Shown here piece after piece: positions 47,895 through 57,031 of a stretch of 64,000 nucleotides of DNA; within the stretch, counting starts at the first letter, position 1; each line of letters starts with the position of its first letter. The translations under genes were made by a program, and so were the position numbers. Origin of the DNA: Candidatus Multivoradales bacterium (lineage in GTDB: Bacteria > Acidobacteriota > Thermoanaerobaculia > Multivoradales > JAHEKO01); NCBI GenBank assembly GCA_965223875.1, contig OZ245024.1, positions 492,015 through 556,014 of the forward strand, written 5' to 3'. Under the pieces are notes generated by a model. The model did no database searches, was not told the DNA's origin, and saw only the letters and a program-made list of their open reading frames with translations.

Positions 47895-48044
47895 GTGTTT
47901 CACCTCTTCCGGACCCTGTCAACCGTCGAGCTCACTCCACCTCCCGATCCAACGCGGTGAACCTCACTTCAGGCGATCGGAGAGGCGCGACGCTGGTGAC
48001 GTCCGGGACGCCAGAGTGACGCGCGTAGCGAAGAGGGGCTCAGA

Positions 48045-48075
48045 CAAAAACGGCCGCCCCCGGGAAGGGGCGGCG
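48045..48075 (-). terminator. Intrinsic terminator-like GC hairpin followed by a T-run on the minus strand
   Basis: Plus strand reads 'caaaaacggccgcccccgggaaggggcggcg'. On the minus strand this is a GCCGCCCC/GGGGCGGC stem followed by TTTTTG. Confidence 0.5.
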
Positions 48076-48344
48076 CGTCACGAAGGCTCGTTGTCAGCTA
48101 GGAGGAGGGAATTGGGGAGGCCGTAGGTTTGGTGGGTTGTTAGGAGTTTACTCCCTGTGATTGAAGGAGATTGGGAAAGGATCGGTATGCGGGTGGATCC
48201 TGGGACCAGGTCCCTAAACCCATGGTTGGTGGTGGGATAAGATTGATGGGTGGCCTCCCTGCTTATTCCTCAAAGCGTTACTGCCTAATCGACACCAACG
48301 AGAAGCAAGCGACGTGCCAACTCCGCCCGCAGGCGACTGACGAC

Positions 48345-48482
48345 ATGTCGAGCGACCGACCTCTTCCCGACCGGGAGCCCTCCCCTCCCCTCGGATCCTG
48401 GCGCCGGATGTACGCGCTGGTCATCGGCTTCGACCTGCTGGTGATCCTCCTGCTGACCCTCTTCACGCGCTACTTCGCCTAG
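48345..48482 (+). CDS. Putative small single-TM protein preceding the SSS transporter (possible symporter small subunit)
   Basis: 'MSSDRPLPDREPSPPLGSWRRMYALVIGFDLLVILLLTLFTRYFA'. Position and topology are like DUF4212/DUF485 partners of SSS transporters. Confidence 0.3.
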   Translation: MSSDRPLPDREPSPPLGSWRRMYALVIGFDLLVILLLTLFTRYFA

Positions 48483-48536
48483 CGTGTGCCCCCGACCACC
48501 GCACGAGACCGGGATTCGATCCCTTCCTGACGAGGC

Positions 48537-50267
48537 ATGAGACCGCTCGACTGGATCGTGCTGGTGACGGCGATGGTCGCCATCGTCGTCTACGGCGTCT
48601 GGAAGGGTCGTGGCCAGAAGGACCTCTCCGCGTTCCTCCTGTCGAGCCGCAGCGCTAAGTGGTACACCATCGCGCTGTCGATCATGGCCACCCAGGCGAG
48701 CGCCATCACCTTCCTGTCGACGCCCGGTCAGGCCTACGCGGACGGCATGCGCTTCGTGCAGATGTACCTCGGCCTGCCGTTCGCCATGGTGATTCTCTCG
48801 ATCACGGCGGTGCCCCTGTTTCACAAGCTCGAGGTCTACACCGCCTACGAGTTCCTCGAGGGGCGCTTCGACCTCAAGACCCGATCGATCGCCGCTCTGC
48901 TCTTTCTGACTCAGCGGGGATTGGCCGCCGGGCTGACCATCTACGCGCCGGCCCTGGTGCTGTCGCTCATTCTGGGCTGGAACATTCACTACACCAATAT
49001 CGCCGTCGGTGTCCTGGTCATCATCTACACCGCCTTCGGCGGTACCAAGGCGGTCAGCTGGACCCAGTTCCATCAGATGCTGGTGATCACGCTGGGAATG
49101 GTCGCCGCCTTCGTCACCGCGATCTACCTCCTGCCCGATGGCGTCGGCCTGCTCGACGCGACGCGCCTGGCCGGCACGATGGGACGCCTCAACGCCATCG
49201 ACTTCAGCTTCGATCCGACCAGTCGCTACAACATCTGGTCGGGGATGCTCGGCGGCCTCTTCCTGATGCTCTCCTACTTCGGCACCGATCAGTCCCAGGT
49301 GCAGCGCTATCTGACTGGCAGCTCGGTGGCGCAGAGCCGTATCGCCCTGCTCGTCAACGGCCTGGTCAAGGTGCCGATGCAGGTGCTGATCCTCTTCCTC
49401 GGGGCGATGGTCTTCGCCTTCTACCAGTTCATACAGCCCCCGATCTTCTTCAACCCCGAAGAGGTGCGGAAGATCGAAGCGAGCGCCTACTCCGAGGAGT
49501 TCGACGCACTCGAAGCGCAGCATCGTGCCGCCTTCGAGGCCAAGCTGGGCGAGGTCGAGGGTCTGCTCGCCGCGCACGAGAGCGGCGACACCGCGGCCGT
49601 CGACGAGGCACGCCTCGGGCTCCTCTCGGCCGACGAGCAGATGGCCGCCGTTCGCGAGAGCGCCGTCGAGCTGATGCGGGAGAACGACCCCGAGGTCGAC
49701 ACCAACGACACGAACTACGTCTTCCTGACCTTCGTCGTCACCTACCTGCCGACCGGGCTGGTGGGCCTGCTGATCGCGGCGATCCTCTTCGCCTCGATGT
49801 CTTCCACTTCATCGGAGCTCAATGCCCTCGCTTCGACCACCGTGGTCGACATCTACAAGCGCATGCTCAAGAAGGACGCCAGCGATCGCCACTACGTGCT
49901 GGCATCGAAGCTCGCCACCGTCTTCTGGGGTCTCTACGCCATCTGGTTCGCCGAGTTCGCCAGCCGGCTCGGTACGCTCGTCGAGGCGGTCAACATCCTC
50001 GGCTCGATCTTCTACGGCACCATCCTGGGCATCTTCCTGATGGCCTTCTACAGCCGCCGGGTCGGTGGTACCGCCGTGTTCCTGGGCGCCGTGCTCGCCG
50101 AGCTGGTCGTGGTCTGGTGCTTCCGCTACACCGAGATCTCGTTTCTCTGGTACAACCTGATCGGCGCCGTTCTGGTGGTCATCTTCTCCCTCGCCCTGGC
50201 GCCCTTCGTCGGTGGACGACGCGGACCCGACGGGGGCGCTCCGGAAACCAGCGACGCGACGAGCTAG
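48537..50267 (+). CDS. Sodium:solute symporter family (SSS) transporter
   Basis: 576 aa with about 13 TM helices and SSS family signature regions ('GGTKAVSWTQ', 'YFGTDQSQVQRYL'). Confidence 0.85.
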   Translation: MRPLDWIVLVTAMVAIVVYGVWKGRGQKDLSAFLLSSRSAKWYTIALSIMATQASAITFLSTPGQAYADGMRFVQMYLGLPFAMVILSITAVPLFHKLEVYTAYEFLEGRFDLKTRSIAALLFLTQRGLAAGLTIYAPALVLSLILGWNIHYTNIAVGVLVIIYTAFGGTKAVSWTQFHQMLVITLGMVAAFVTAIYLLPDGVGLLDATRLAGTMGRLNAIDFSFDPTSRYNIWSGMLGGLFLMLSYFGTDQSQVQRYLTGSSVAQSRIALLVNGLVKVPMQVLILFLGAMVFAFYQFIQPPIFFNPEEVRKIEASAYSEEFDALEAQHRAAFEAKLGEVEGLLAAHESGDTAAVDEARLGLLSADEQMAAVRESAVELMRENDPEVDTNDTNYVFLTFVVTYLPTGLVGLLIAAILFASMSSTSSELNALASTTVVDIYKRMLKKDASDRHYVLASKLATVFWGLYAIWFAEFASRLGTLVEAVNILGSIFYGTILGIFLMAFYSRRVGGTAVFLGAVLAELVVVWCFRYTEISFLWYNLIGAVLVVIFSLALAPFVGGRRGPDGGAPETSDATS

Positions 50268-50282
50268 CCGGCACTCTTCACC

Positions 50283-50366
50283 GGCCTCCTACCGCGGGCC
50301 TCCTACCGCGGGCCTCCTACCGCGGGCCTCCTACCGCGGGCCTCCTACTGCGGGCCTCCTACCGCG
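50283..50366. repeat. 14-bp tandem repeat x6 (ggcctcctaccgcg)
   Basis: Six consecutive units. The fifth has a C-to-T variant. It lies in the convergent intergenic region after the SSS gene. Confidence 0.9.
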
Positions 50367-50530
50367 CCGCCGGATCTACCCGCGTCTACTGCGTTGCGCT
50401 CGGTCGCGCTCCTCGACGTATCACAGCGGATACGCTGCGGGACCCTCGGTCGCGCGGCGCCTTGTAGCCACGGGCATCTCCTGCTTGTCTCCACGGGCGG
50501 CTCGCTACGGAGCCTGATGAACAATGCAGG

Positions 50531-51922
50531 CTAGCGACCGCGCTCGGCGAGCCAGGGCTCGACGTCGGAGCGATCGATCCGCAGAACCTCGAAGAGGCGC
50601 GCGACCAGTTCGTCGTCCCCCTCACCGACGCGATGCGGCGTGAGGAACTCCCAGACGATCTTCTTGTCCGGCGTCACCTCGAAAGCGCGGCCCCGATCGG
50701 TCTCGGTGATCAGGGTGTTGCCGTTCGCCAGTCGCTGATTGGTGCCGCAACACTTGGTGAAGAAGTCGTAGACGGCGCCTTCGTAGGCCCACTCGATCCG
50801 GCGCGTCAGCGGATCGATCTCGAGCACGCGCGAGAAGGTGGCCGAGCCTCCGGTCGAGCGATCGCCCCAATTGTCGAACACCATCAGCCGACCGCTGTCG
50901 AGCACGGTGGGCTCATGCTGGTAGGAGGTCAGCCCGCTCATCGCCCAGACGATGGTCTCGCTCTCCATGTCGAGCACAGCCACCGTGTTGATCTTGGGAA
51001 ACGACAGCAGCGCGTTACCCGCCCGGAAGGCCGCGATGCGCTCGGCGAGGCGCCCGTCGGGGAGCCCGTCGAGGATCTCCACCGTGTTGGTGTGGAGCAG
51101 GTCGCCGTACCCCTCCGTCAGCGCCAGCAGACCGTGGTAGTCGGAGCGCTGGATCGCCTCCAGGATCGACACCCTACGCACGACCTGCCCCTCGGCCGAC
51201 AGGAGCACGATCCAGTCCTCGGTGATCGGCTTCTCCGGATGGATCTCGGGCCGTACCGAGGCCTCGCGCGTCAGCACCACGACGCTCCCGTCCGCCTGCA
51301 CCTCGAGGTCGTGATGCGCCGCTTCCTCGAAGCCCCAGAGGAGTCGGGAGTCGACGTCGAGACGGACCAGCCCCGCACCTTCGAAGATGGCCAGCAGACC
51401 GCCGTCGGCGAGCAGCGCCGCTCGACGCCAGTATTGGATACCCTCGGCGCCCGGCCGGATGGTCGACTCGGGAAACGCCCGTTTCCACTCGTGCCGCCAG
51501 CGATGCAGCGCGCGGCCCGACATGTCCATCAGGACGGCCTCCGGTCCGTGCGTGTCGACCACCAGGTTGACTCCGGGCTGCACACGATCCTCGACGTGCA
51601 CCGTGACGCCCACGGCGTCGGTCGGCGGATTCGTCCCGCTCAGATAGGCCATCGACTGGAGGGCCTCGATCTCTCGCCGCTGTTCCTCCGACAGCTCGCT
51701 CACCGACGACGGCCCCGACCGTGGGATGTCCCCCTGGCGCATGTACCCCTGGTGGGGCGTCGGACCCATCGAGGTCTTGACGAAGAGTCCCCACTCGTCG
51801 AGCGTCTCTCGCACCCGGTCGGCCGAGAGCACCCCGAGGAGGAACGCGGCGCCGAGCGCACCGGCCGCCGCCAGCAGGGTGAGCGGGAGGCGGGCTCTGG
51901 AGCGTCGTCCGGCGGCTGTCAT
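50531..51922 (-). CDS. Membrane-anchored beta-propeller protein, arylsulfotransferase (ASST)-like
   Basis: N-terminal TM. Segments such as 'MVFDNWGDRS' and 'LANGNTLITETD' resemble the ASST family. A PQQ-like propeller is an alternative. Confidence 0.45.
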   Translation of the reverse strand: MTAAGRRSRARLPLTLLAAAGALGAAFLLGVLSADRVRETLDEWGLFVKTSMGPTPHQGYMRQGDIPRSGPSSVSELSEEQRREIEALQSMAYLSGTNPPTDAVGVTVHVEDRVQPGVNLVVDTHGPEAVLMDMSGRALHRWRHEWKRAFPESTIRPGAEGIQYWRRAALLADGGLLAIFEGAGLVRLDVDSRLLWGFEEAAHHDLEVQADGSVVVLTREASVRPEIHPEKPITEDWIVLLSAEGQVVRRVSILEAIQRSDYHGLLALTEGYGDLLHTNTVEILDGLPDGRLAERIAAFRAGNALLSFPKINTVAVLDMESETIVWAMSGLTSYQHEPTVLDSGRLMVFDNWGDRSTGGSATFSRVLEIDPLTRRIEWAYEGAVYDFFTKCCGTNQRLANGNTLITETDRGRAFEVTPDKKIVWEFLTPHRVGEGDDELVARLFEVLRIDRSDVEPWLAERGR

Positions 51923-51942
51923 ACAGGGGACCGAGCGTCAGC

Positions 51943-54603
51943 CTACCAATCGCTCGGTGGCGAAGTGCGCTCGACGATGGGACCGAAGAAGAGGGCGTTG
52001 AGATAGAGCTTCGACGTCCCGTACCAGAAGGCCCGGAAGTTGGGGTTGTCGATCAGCGCCACGACGGTGCCTGACCCCAGGCGACTCGCGCGGACGGCGA
52101 CCGTCCCGGGGATCTCGGCCAGCTTGCCCTCGGAGACGTAGCCGCTCAGCCAGGGCTCGCCGGAGTAGAGGGCGACCTGCTCGTAGGGGTTCTCGGCGGT
52201 CTCGAGGAGATGGGTGCTGTTGCGGAAGACGGGCAGGCGCTCGCTCGGGTAGCCGTAGGCGATCGGATGCGTCAGATCGAGCTCCACCTCGAAGATCGCT
52301 CCGCTGACCAGCTCGGCGGCGCGGTCGTGCTCGTAGTCGGCGTAGCTGCGGCGGGTCTCCTCCACCTCGACGACCTCGGCCTCGCCGCCGGAGGTTCCGG
52401 CGCTTGCCGAAACCGCCTCGCCGTCGTCCTCCTTCAGGAGTCGATCCTGCGCCCAGACGGCGGCTCGCTTGCTCGCCACCAGCACTCCCCCGTCCGATAC
52501 CCACCGGCGCAGGGCCGCCACGGACTCCTCCTCCCAGTCGTCGTAGTCGCCGTCGACCATCAGGACATGGGTGTAGTCGCCCAGGTCGACGCGACCGATC
52601 TCGTCGCTCTCGACGAGAGAGACCTCGATGCCGAAGCGATGGTCGAGCAGGTACCAGGTCTCACCAACCTCGTACGAGGAGACGCCCTTGCCGGAGACGA
52701 TCATCGGCCGGAGCGGCTCGAGCGGCCGGATCGACGGACTGCCGAGGTCGACGCCGGACGGCGTCAGGCCCGAACGGGTCGACCAGACGCGAACGCCGTC
52801 CTCGGCCGCGACGCGCGCGAGAACCATCTCGAGTTCCTCGCGCCGATCGCCGTCGACCGGCACGATGATGGTGCCGCGGTCGAGCTCACGGGGGCCGGCT
52901 CCTGACGATCCAGCACCCGATGATCCGTCTCCCGGGACGATCTCGAAGGGCTCCGTCGTCACGCGCGGACGAAGGTCGCTCTCGAGCAGCCGGTTGAGCG
53001 CCCGGGGAGCGAAGTAGGCGTGCCATTCGAACAGATAGGCGTACGCTTCCGGATCGGGCTCGAACCGTCCCTCGAGCGAAACCGCGGCGGTGACCGGCGG
53101 ACCCAGATGGTCGTCGCGCATCGCCGAGCGCGACAGCCTCGTCCACTGGGTGCCGAAGGCCAGAGGCAGGGTCCAGGTCGAAATGTCGTAGAAGGTCGAG
53201 TCCTCGAACTCGGTCTGGGTCTCGAAGAGAGCTTTGATCAGACGGTACTGCGGCTGCGCCGTCGGAACGACCCAGCTCCAGGCGGGATCGTGAGAGACGC
53301 CATCCGCCTCGACCCCCCTGCCCAGACGATGGACGTCGATCGCGTGGCCGCGCAGCAGCTCGAGCAGCCGCGAACAGCGAGCCTCGTCCCGCGGGCAACC
53401 GAAGACGTATCCGCCGACGCGATCGGCTCTTCCCAGCTCCATCGACTCGCGGTAGAAGGTCTGCTGGTAGCGCTGGAGCTCGGCGCCGAGCTCCGCCGCC
53501 CCTTCGATCATCGAAAGCGAGGTCAGGAAGTGATTCCGGATCGCTCGCTCGAAGGTCAGCTCGCCGTTGTCGGTCTCCTGCACGTGGCCCCGGGCGCTCG
53601 CCTGCTCGAACAGCACGCCGACCGCCCCGTTGAGATCGGGGTAGGTCGAGCCCTTGCCGGGATAGAAGTCGTCGAACGTCTGTCCGCTGTAGAAGAGCTG
53701 GCCATCGCTCCCCAGGTTGCGCGCGTGAAGCTCAGCGAGCTCCTGCGTCAGCTCGATGTTGCGCTCCGGCTTGTAGGGATTCTCGCGCTCGGGAACGCCG
53801 GGCTGGAAGAAGTAGGTCGAGTCGGAGCCCATCTCGTGGTAGTCGCCGAGCAGATTCGGCGTCCACTCGTGAAAGGTGCGAATCCGGTTCCGCGACTCCG
53901 GATGCTGCAGCAGCAGCCAGTCACGATTGAGATCGAACCAGTAATGGTTCGTCCGCCCGCTGGGCCAGCCCTCCCGATGCTCCCGATGGTTGGGATCGCC
54001 GACGGCACGCTCGCCCCGATGCATGTTCGCCCATTGCGCGAAGCGGCCCATGCCGTCGGGATTGAGGCTCGGATCGATCAATACGATGGTGCGATCGAGC
54101 CACGATTCGACCTCCGGCGTCCCGGCCGCCGCGAGGTGGTACGCGACCAGCGGCGAGGCGTTCGAGCCGCTCGCCTCGTTGCCGTGAATGCTGTACCCGA
54201 GCAGAGCGACGCTCGGGAGCGTCGCGAGCTCGGCGTCGCTGAGCGGCTCGGCCGCGGGATCGATGAGCCGCTCGCGCGTCCGACGGATCTCGGTGAGGCG
54301 GCCGTGGTTGGCCTCGGAGGTGACCACGAGAAGAATCTGGCGCCGGCCCTCGTGGGTCCGGCCCTGCTCGCGCAGCTCGATCCTCGGCGACGCCTCCGCC
54401 AGCCGCTCCATGTAACGCACCAGCTGATCGTGGCGCAGGTGATGTCGACCGATCGACTGCCCGAGCACCTCCTCCACCGTCGGCACGGTCGGGTCGTACT
54501 CCACCCCATCGACGAGAATCTCCGAGGCCTCAGCCGCCCCTCCGAGTCCCGCCGCCAGGACCACCAGCAGCCCGCACCTCCACCAACGCCGCGCGTCTCC
54601 CAT
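51943..54603 (-). CDS. Secreted M14 family zinc carboxypeptidase with additional C-terminal domains
   Basis: Signal peptide. 'SIHGNEASGSNASPL' is the HxxE zinc site. 886 aa. Confidence 0.7.
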   Translation of the reverse strand: MGDARRWWRCGLLVVLAAGLGGAAEASEILVDGVEYDPTVPTVEEVLGQSIGRHHLRHDQLVRYMERLAEASPRIELREQGRTHEGRRQILLVVTSEANHGRLTEIRRTRERLIDPAAEPLSDAELATLPSVALLGYSIHGNEASGSNASPLVAYHLAAAGTPEVESWLDRTIVLIDPSLNPDGMGRFAQWANMHRGERAVGDPNHREHREGWPSGRTNHYWFDLNRDWLLLQHPESRNRIRTFHEWTPNLLGDYHEMGSDSTYFFQPGVPERENPYKPERNIELTQELAELHARNLGSDGQLFYSGQTFDDFYPGKGSTYPDLNGAVGVLFEQASARGHVQETDNGELTFERAIRNHFLTSLSMIEGAAELGAELQRYQQTFYRESMELGRADRVGGYVFGCPRDEARCSRLLELLRGHAIDVHRLGRGVEADGVSHDPAWSWVVPTAQPQYRLIKALFETQTEFEDSTFYDISTWTLPLAFGTQWTRLSRSAMRDDHLGPPVTAAVSLEGRFEPDPEAYAYLFEWHAYFAPRALNRLLESDLRPRVTTEPFEIVPGDGSSGAGSSGAGPRELDRGTIIVPVDGDRREELEMVLARVAAEDGVRVWSTRSGLTPSGVDLGSPSIRPLEPLRPMIVSGKGVSSYEVGETWYLLDHRFGIEVSLVESDEIGRVDLGDYTHVLMVDGDYDDWEEESVAALRRWVSDGGVLVASKRAAVWAQDRLLKEDDGEAVSASAGTSGGEAEVVEVEETRRSYADYEHDRAAELVSGAIFEVELDLTHPIAYGYPSERLPVFRNSTHLLETAENPYEQVALYSGEPWLSGYVSEGKLAEIPGTVAVRASRLGSGTVVALIDNPNFRAFWYGTSKLYLNALFFGPIVERTSPPSDW

Positions 54604-54615
54604 TCTGCGTTCCTC

Positions 54616-56970
54616 CTAGAAGCCTTCCGAACGCAGCACGACCCTGATCGGTCCGCGCTCGGCGTTGTGATCGATCACCAGAATCGCCTCTCTGGTACCG
54701 ATCTGTCCCGGACTCGACCGGACTCCGACCGTGCACTCTCCCGACGGCGCGACGTAGGGCAGCCCCTGGCAGGTACCGGGGACGATGCGGAACTCGTCCG
54801 GATGAGCTCCGATGAGTCTCAGGCTGCCGAGCTCCAGGCGCCCCTCGCCGGTGCTCGAGATCCTGATCGTCACCACCTCGCTGCGATCTCCGACCTGCCG
54901 CGCGCCGAAGTCCACGCTCGTCGGCCAAACCTCGATCCCCGCTTCGGGCGCCGGCAGGCCGACCCCGCGAACCACCATCTCGATCGGCTCGTCGCCGGCA
55001 TCGGAGGTCACGATCAGGCGCGCGTCGCGGGGACCGTTGGCGCGCGGCACGAAGCGCACTACCACCTGGCAGTTGTTGCCCGGGCTCAGTGCGGTGCGCG
55101 AGCAGGCGTTGCCGGCGAGCTCGAAATCACTCGCCGCGGTGCCGCCGATCCTGATCGTCTCCACACGCAGGGGCGCGTCGCCGGTGTTGGAGACCGCGAC
55201 CCGCAGGTCCTGGCTCTCGCTCTGGCGCACGGCGGCGAAATCCAGGCGCTTGCGATCGAGCGAGATCCGCGGTGCCTGGCCGTGGCCCGTCAGCTCGACG
55301 GTCGGCGCTCGGCGCCTCTGATTCGAAGCGATGCGCAGACTCGCCTGGTGAGCTCCCTGGTGCCGGGGTCCGAACTCGAATCCGACCTCGCATCGCTGAC
55401 CGGGTGCGAGCGAGACACCGGTGCAGGCGTCCTGCGTACTGGTGAAGGCCGCCGCGTCGTCGCCGGCCAGGGTCAGCTCGGAGATTTCCAACGAGGCGGT
55501 TCCGCTGTTGCTCAGACGCAGCCTGCGTGGCTCTGTCCGTGATCCGACGGGGAGCGCCCCGAAGCCGAGCGTCGTCGCCGACACCTCGAGCTTCGGCGCC
55601 GTTCCGACGCCCGAGATTCCGATGCCGGGAGCCATCGCGCCCGACGACTCCCGTATCTGGAGGCTGGTCGCGGACCGCCCCTCGGAGGCGGGCTCGAAGA
55701 CGACCACTACACGGCAGGCATCCCCGGGCCCGAGTGAGGCGCCGGAGCAGTTCTCCTGCTCGACGCTGAACCCCTTGCCGTTGTCGATCCATGCCCGATT
55801 GATCCGGTACGGCCCGTCCCCCCGATTGATCAGCCGCAGGGTCCCCGGTCGACTGCGCGTTCCGACGAGTTGCGACTCGAACTCGAGGCCCTCGGGATCG
55901 ATCTCGAGGTCGGGCCCGCTGCCGCGTCCCTCGAGGACGATCGGATCGCCTTCGCCGAAGCTGTCGCTCGACACGGCAACCGTCGCGCTCCTCTGCCCCA
56001 TGAGCTGCGGCTTGAACACCAGCCGCAGGCCGCAGGACTCACCGGGCTCGAGCTCGGCCGACGAGCAGTCGTTGCCGATGAGGCGGAACTCGCCGTCGGG
56101 CGAGTCGACCGCGACACGCTCGACGCTCAGCACAGCGGTGCCGTCGTTGACCAGCGCCAGGTCCATCCCCGGGCTGGTGGCGCCCACCGACTCGGATCCG
56201 AAATCGAGGACCTCCGGGCGCGAGATCAGACGTGGAGCGACCGCCTCGCCGGCGAGCGGCAGAAGGGCTCGCCCCCCCCGCATGTTCCCGACGATCGCCA
56301 GCGACCCGGTGCGCGTCCCGGCGGCCTTCGGAACGAACCGCACGCTGACGCGGCACTCTCCCCCTTCGCGGAGCTCGACGCGGCCGCAGTCCTCGGCCTC
56401 GGTCACGAAGTCCTCGAGCTGCGAGCGCTCGACACCCACCGACTCGATGCGCAGAGGGCGCTCTCCACCGTTGGTCAGGGTCACGGTCAAGGGCTCCGAG
56501 TCGCTCCCCGCGCGCTGCTCCGGGAAGACCAGCGGAGTGATGTCGAAATCCGCGCGCGGCGCCGACGGCCAGAAGAGCCAGTAGGCCAGAGCCCCGGCGA
56601 CCAGCAGGCCCAACCAGAGCTTCCAGGATCGCCGTCGCTCGCCGCCCGCTCGTCGACGCGGGGTGCCGGCCGGCCGGGCCGCCGGAGGCGGCGCGGCGCC
56701 CCGTGGAGGTTCTGCGCCGCCACCGCCCTTCGAGGGCGGCGCGGGCTCGCCTCGTCGAGAGACCTCGGCCGGGGACTCGTCCCCCTTGTCGAGCGAGTCC
56801 CAGGACTCCTTGTGGGAGAGGGGTAGCTCGATGAGCTCTTCAGGCGGGAGTTTCCCGGGCGGGGGCTTTTCGCTCATATCGGCCGGCGAGGCGCGGACCG
56901 CCGTTCGGTTCGGCGGCTGATTATACGGCTCCCGGGCGCTGCTTGCGGTAGAGCACCCTGGGGGTGACAA
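54616..56970 (-). CDS. Membrane-anchored protein with about 7 choice-of-anchor-D/ASH (DUF1573-like) Ig-fold repeats and a Pro-rich cytoplasmic N-terminus
   Basis: One TM ('WKLWLGLLVAGALAYWLFW'). Repeated modules follow the pattern 'LxFGxxxVGxxSxxxxxTLxNxGxAPLxI...CxxxxLxPGxxCxxxVxFxP...GxxxAxLxI'. The true start may be the internal Met near 56875. Confidence 0.6.
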   Translation of the reverse strand: MSPPGCSTASSAREPYNQPPNRTAVRASPADMSEKPPPGKLPPEELIELPLSHKESWDSLDKGDESPAEVSRRGEPAPPSKGGGGAEPPRGAAPPPAARPAGTPRRRAGGERRRSWKLWLGLLVAGALAYWLFWPSAPRADFDITPLVFPEQRAGSDSEPLTVTLTNGGERPLRIESVGVERSQLEDFVTEAEDCGRVELREGGECRVSVRFVPKAAGTRTGSLAIVGNMRGGRALLPLAGEAVAPRLISRPEVLDFGSESVGATSPGMDLALVNDGTAVLSVERVAVDSPDGEFRLIGNDCSSAELEPGESCGLRLVFKPQLMGQRSATVAVSSDSFGEGDPIVLEGRGSGPDLEIDPEGLEFESQLVGTRSRPGTLRLINRGDGPYRINRAWIDNGKGFSVEQENCSGASLGPGDACRVVVVFEPASEGRSATSLQIRESSGAMAPGIGISGVGTAPKLEVSATTLGFGALPVGSRTEPRRLRLSNSGTASLEISELTLAGDDAAAFTSTQDACTGVSLAPGQRCEVGFEFGPRHQGAHQASLRIASNQRRRAPTVELTGHGQAPRISLDRKRLDFAAVRQSESQDLRVAVSNTGDAPLRVETIRIGGTAASDFELAGNACSRTALSPGNNCQVVVRFVPRANGPRDARLIVTSDAGDEPIEMVVRGVGLPAPEAGIEVWPTSVDFGARQVGDRSEVVTIRISSTGEGRLELGSLRLIGAHPDEFRIVPGTCQGLPYVAPSGECTVGVRSSPGQIGTREAILVIDHNAERGPIRVVLRSEGF

Positions 56971-57031
56971 TAGCCCAACAACAGGCCGGGCGCACTCTCT
57001 ATCCGGCGCGCGGCCGACAGCAGGGGGCCGT

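Noticed and set aside
48285-49577. 430-aa minus-strand ORF
   Set aside because: It is antisense to the well-supported SSS transporter gene (48537-50267). Its composition is Arg/Gly/Glu-rich without motifs.
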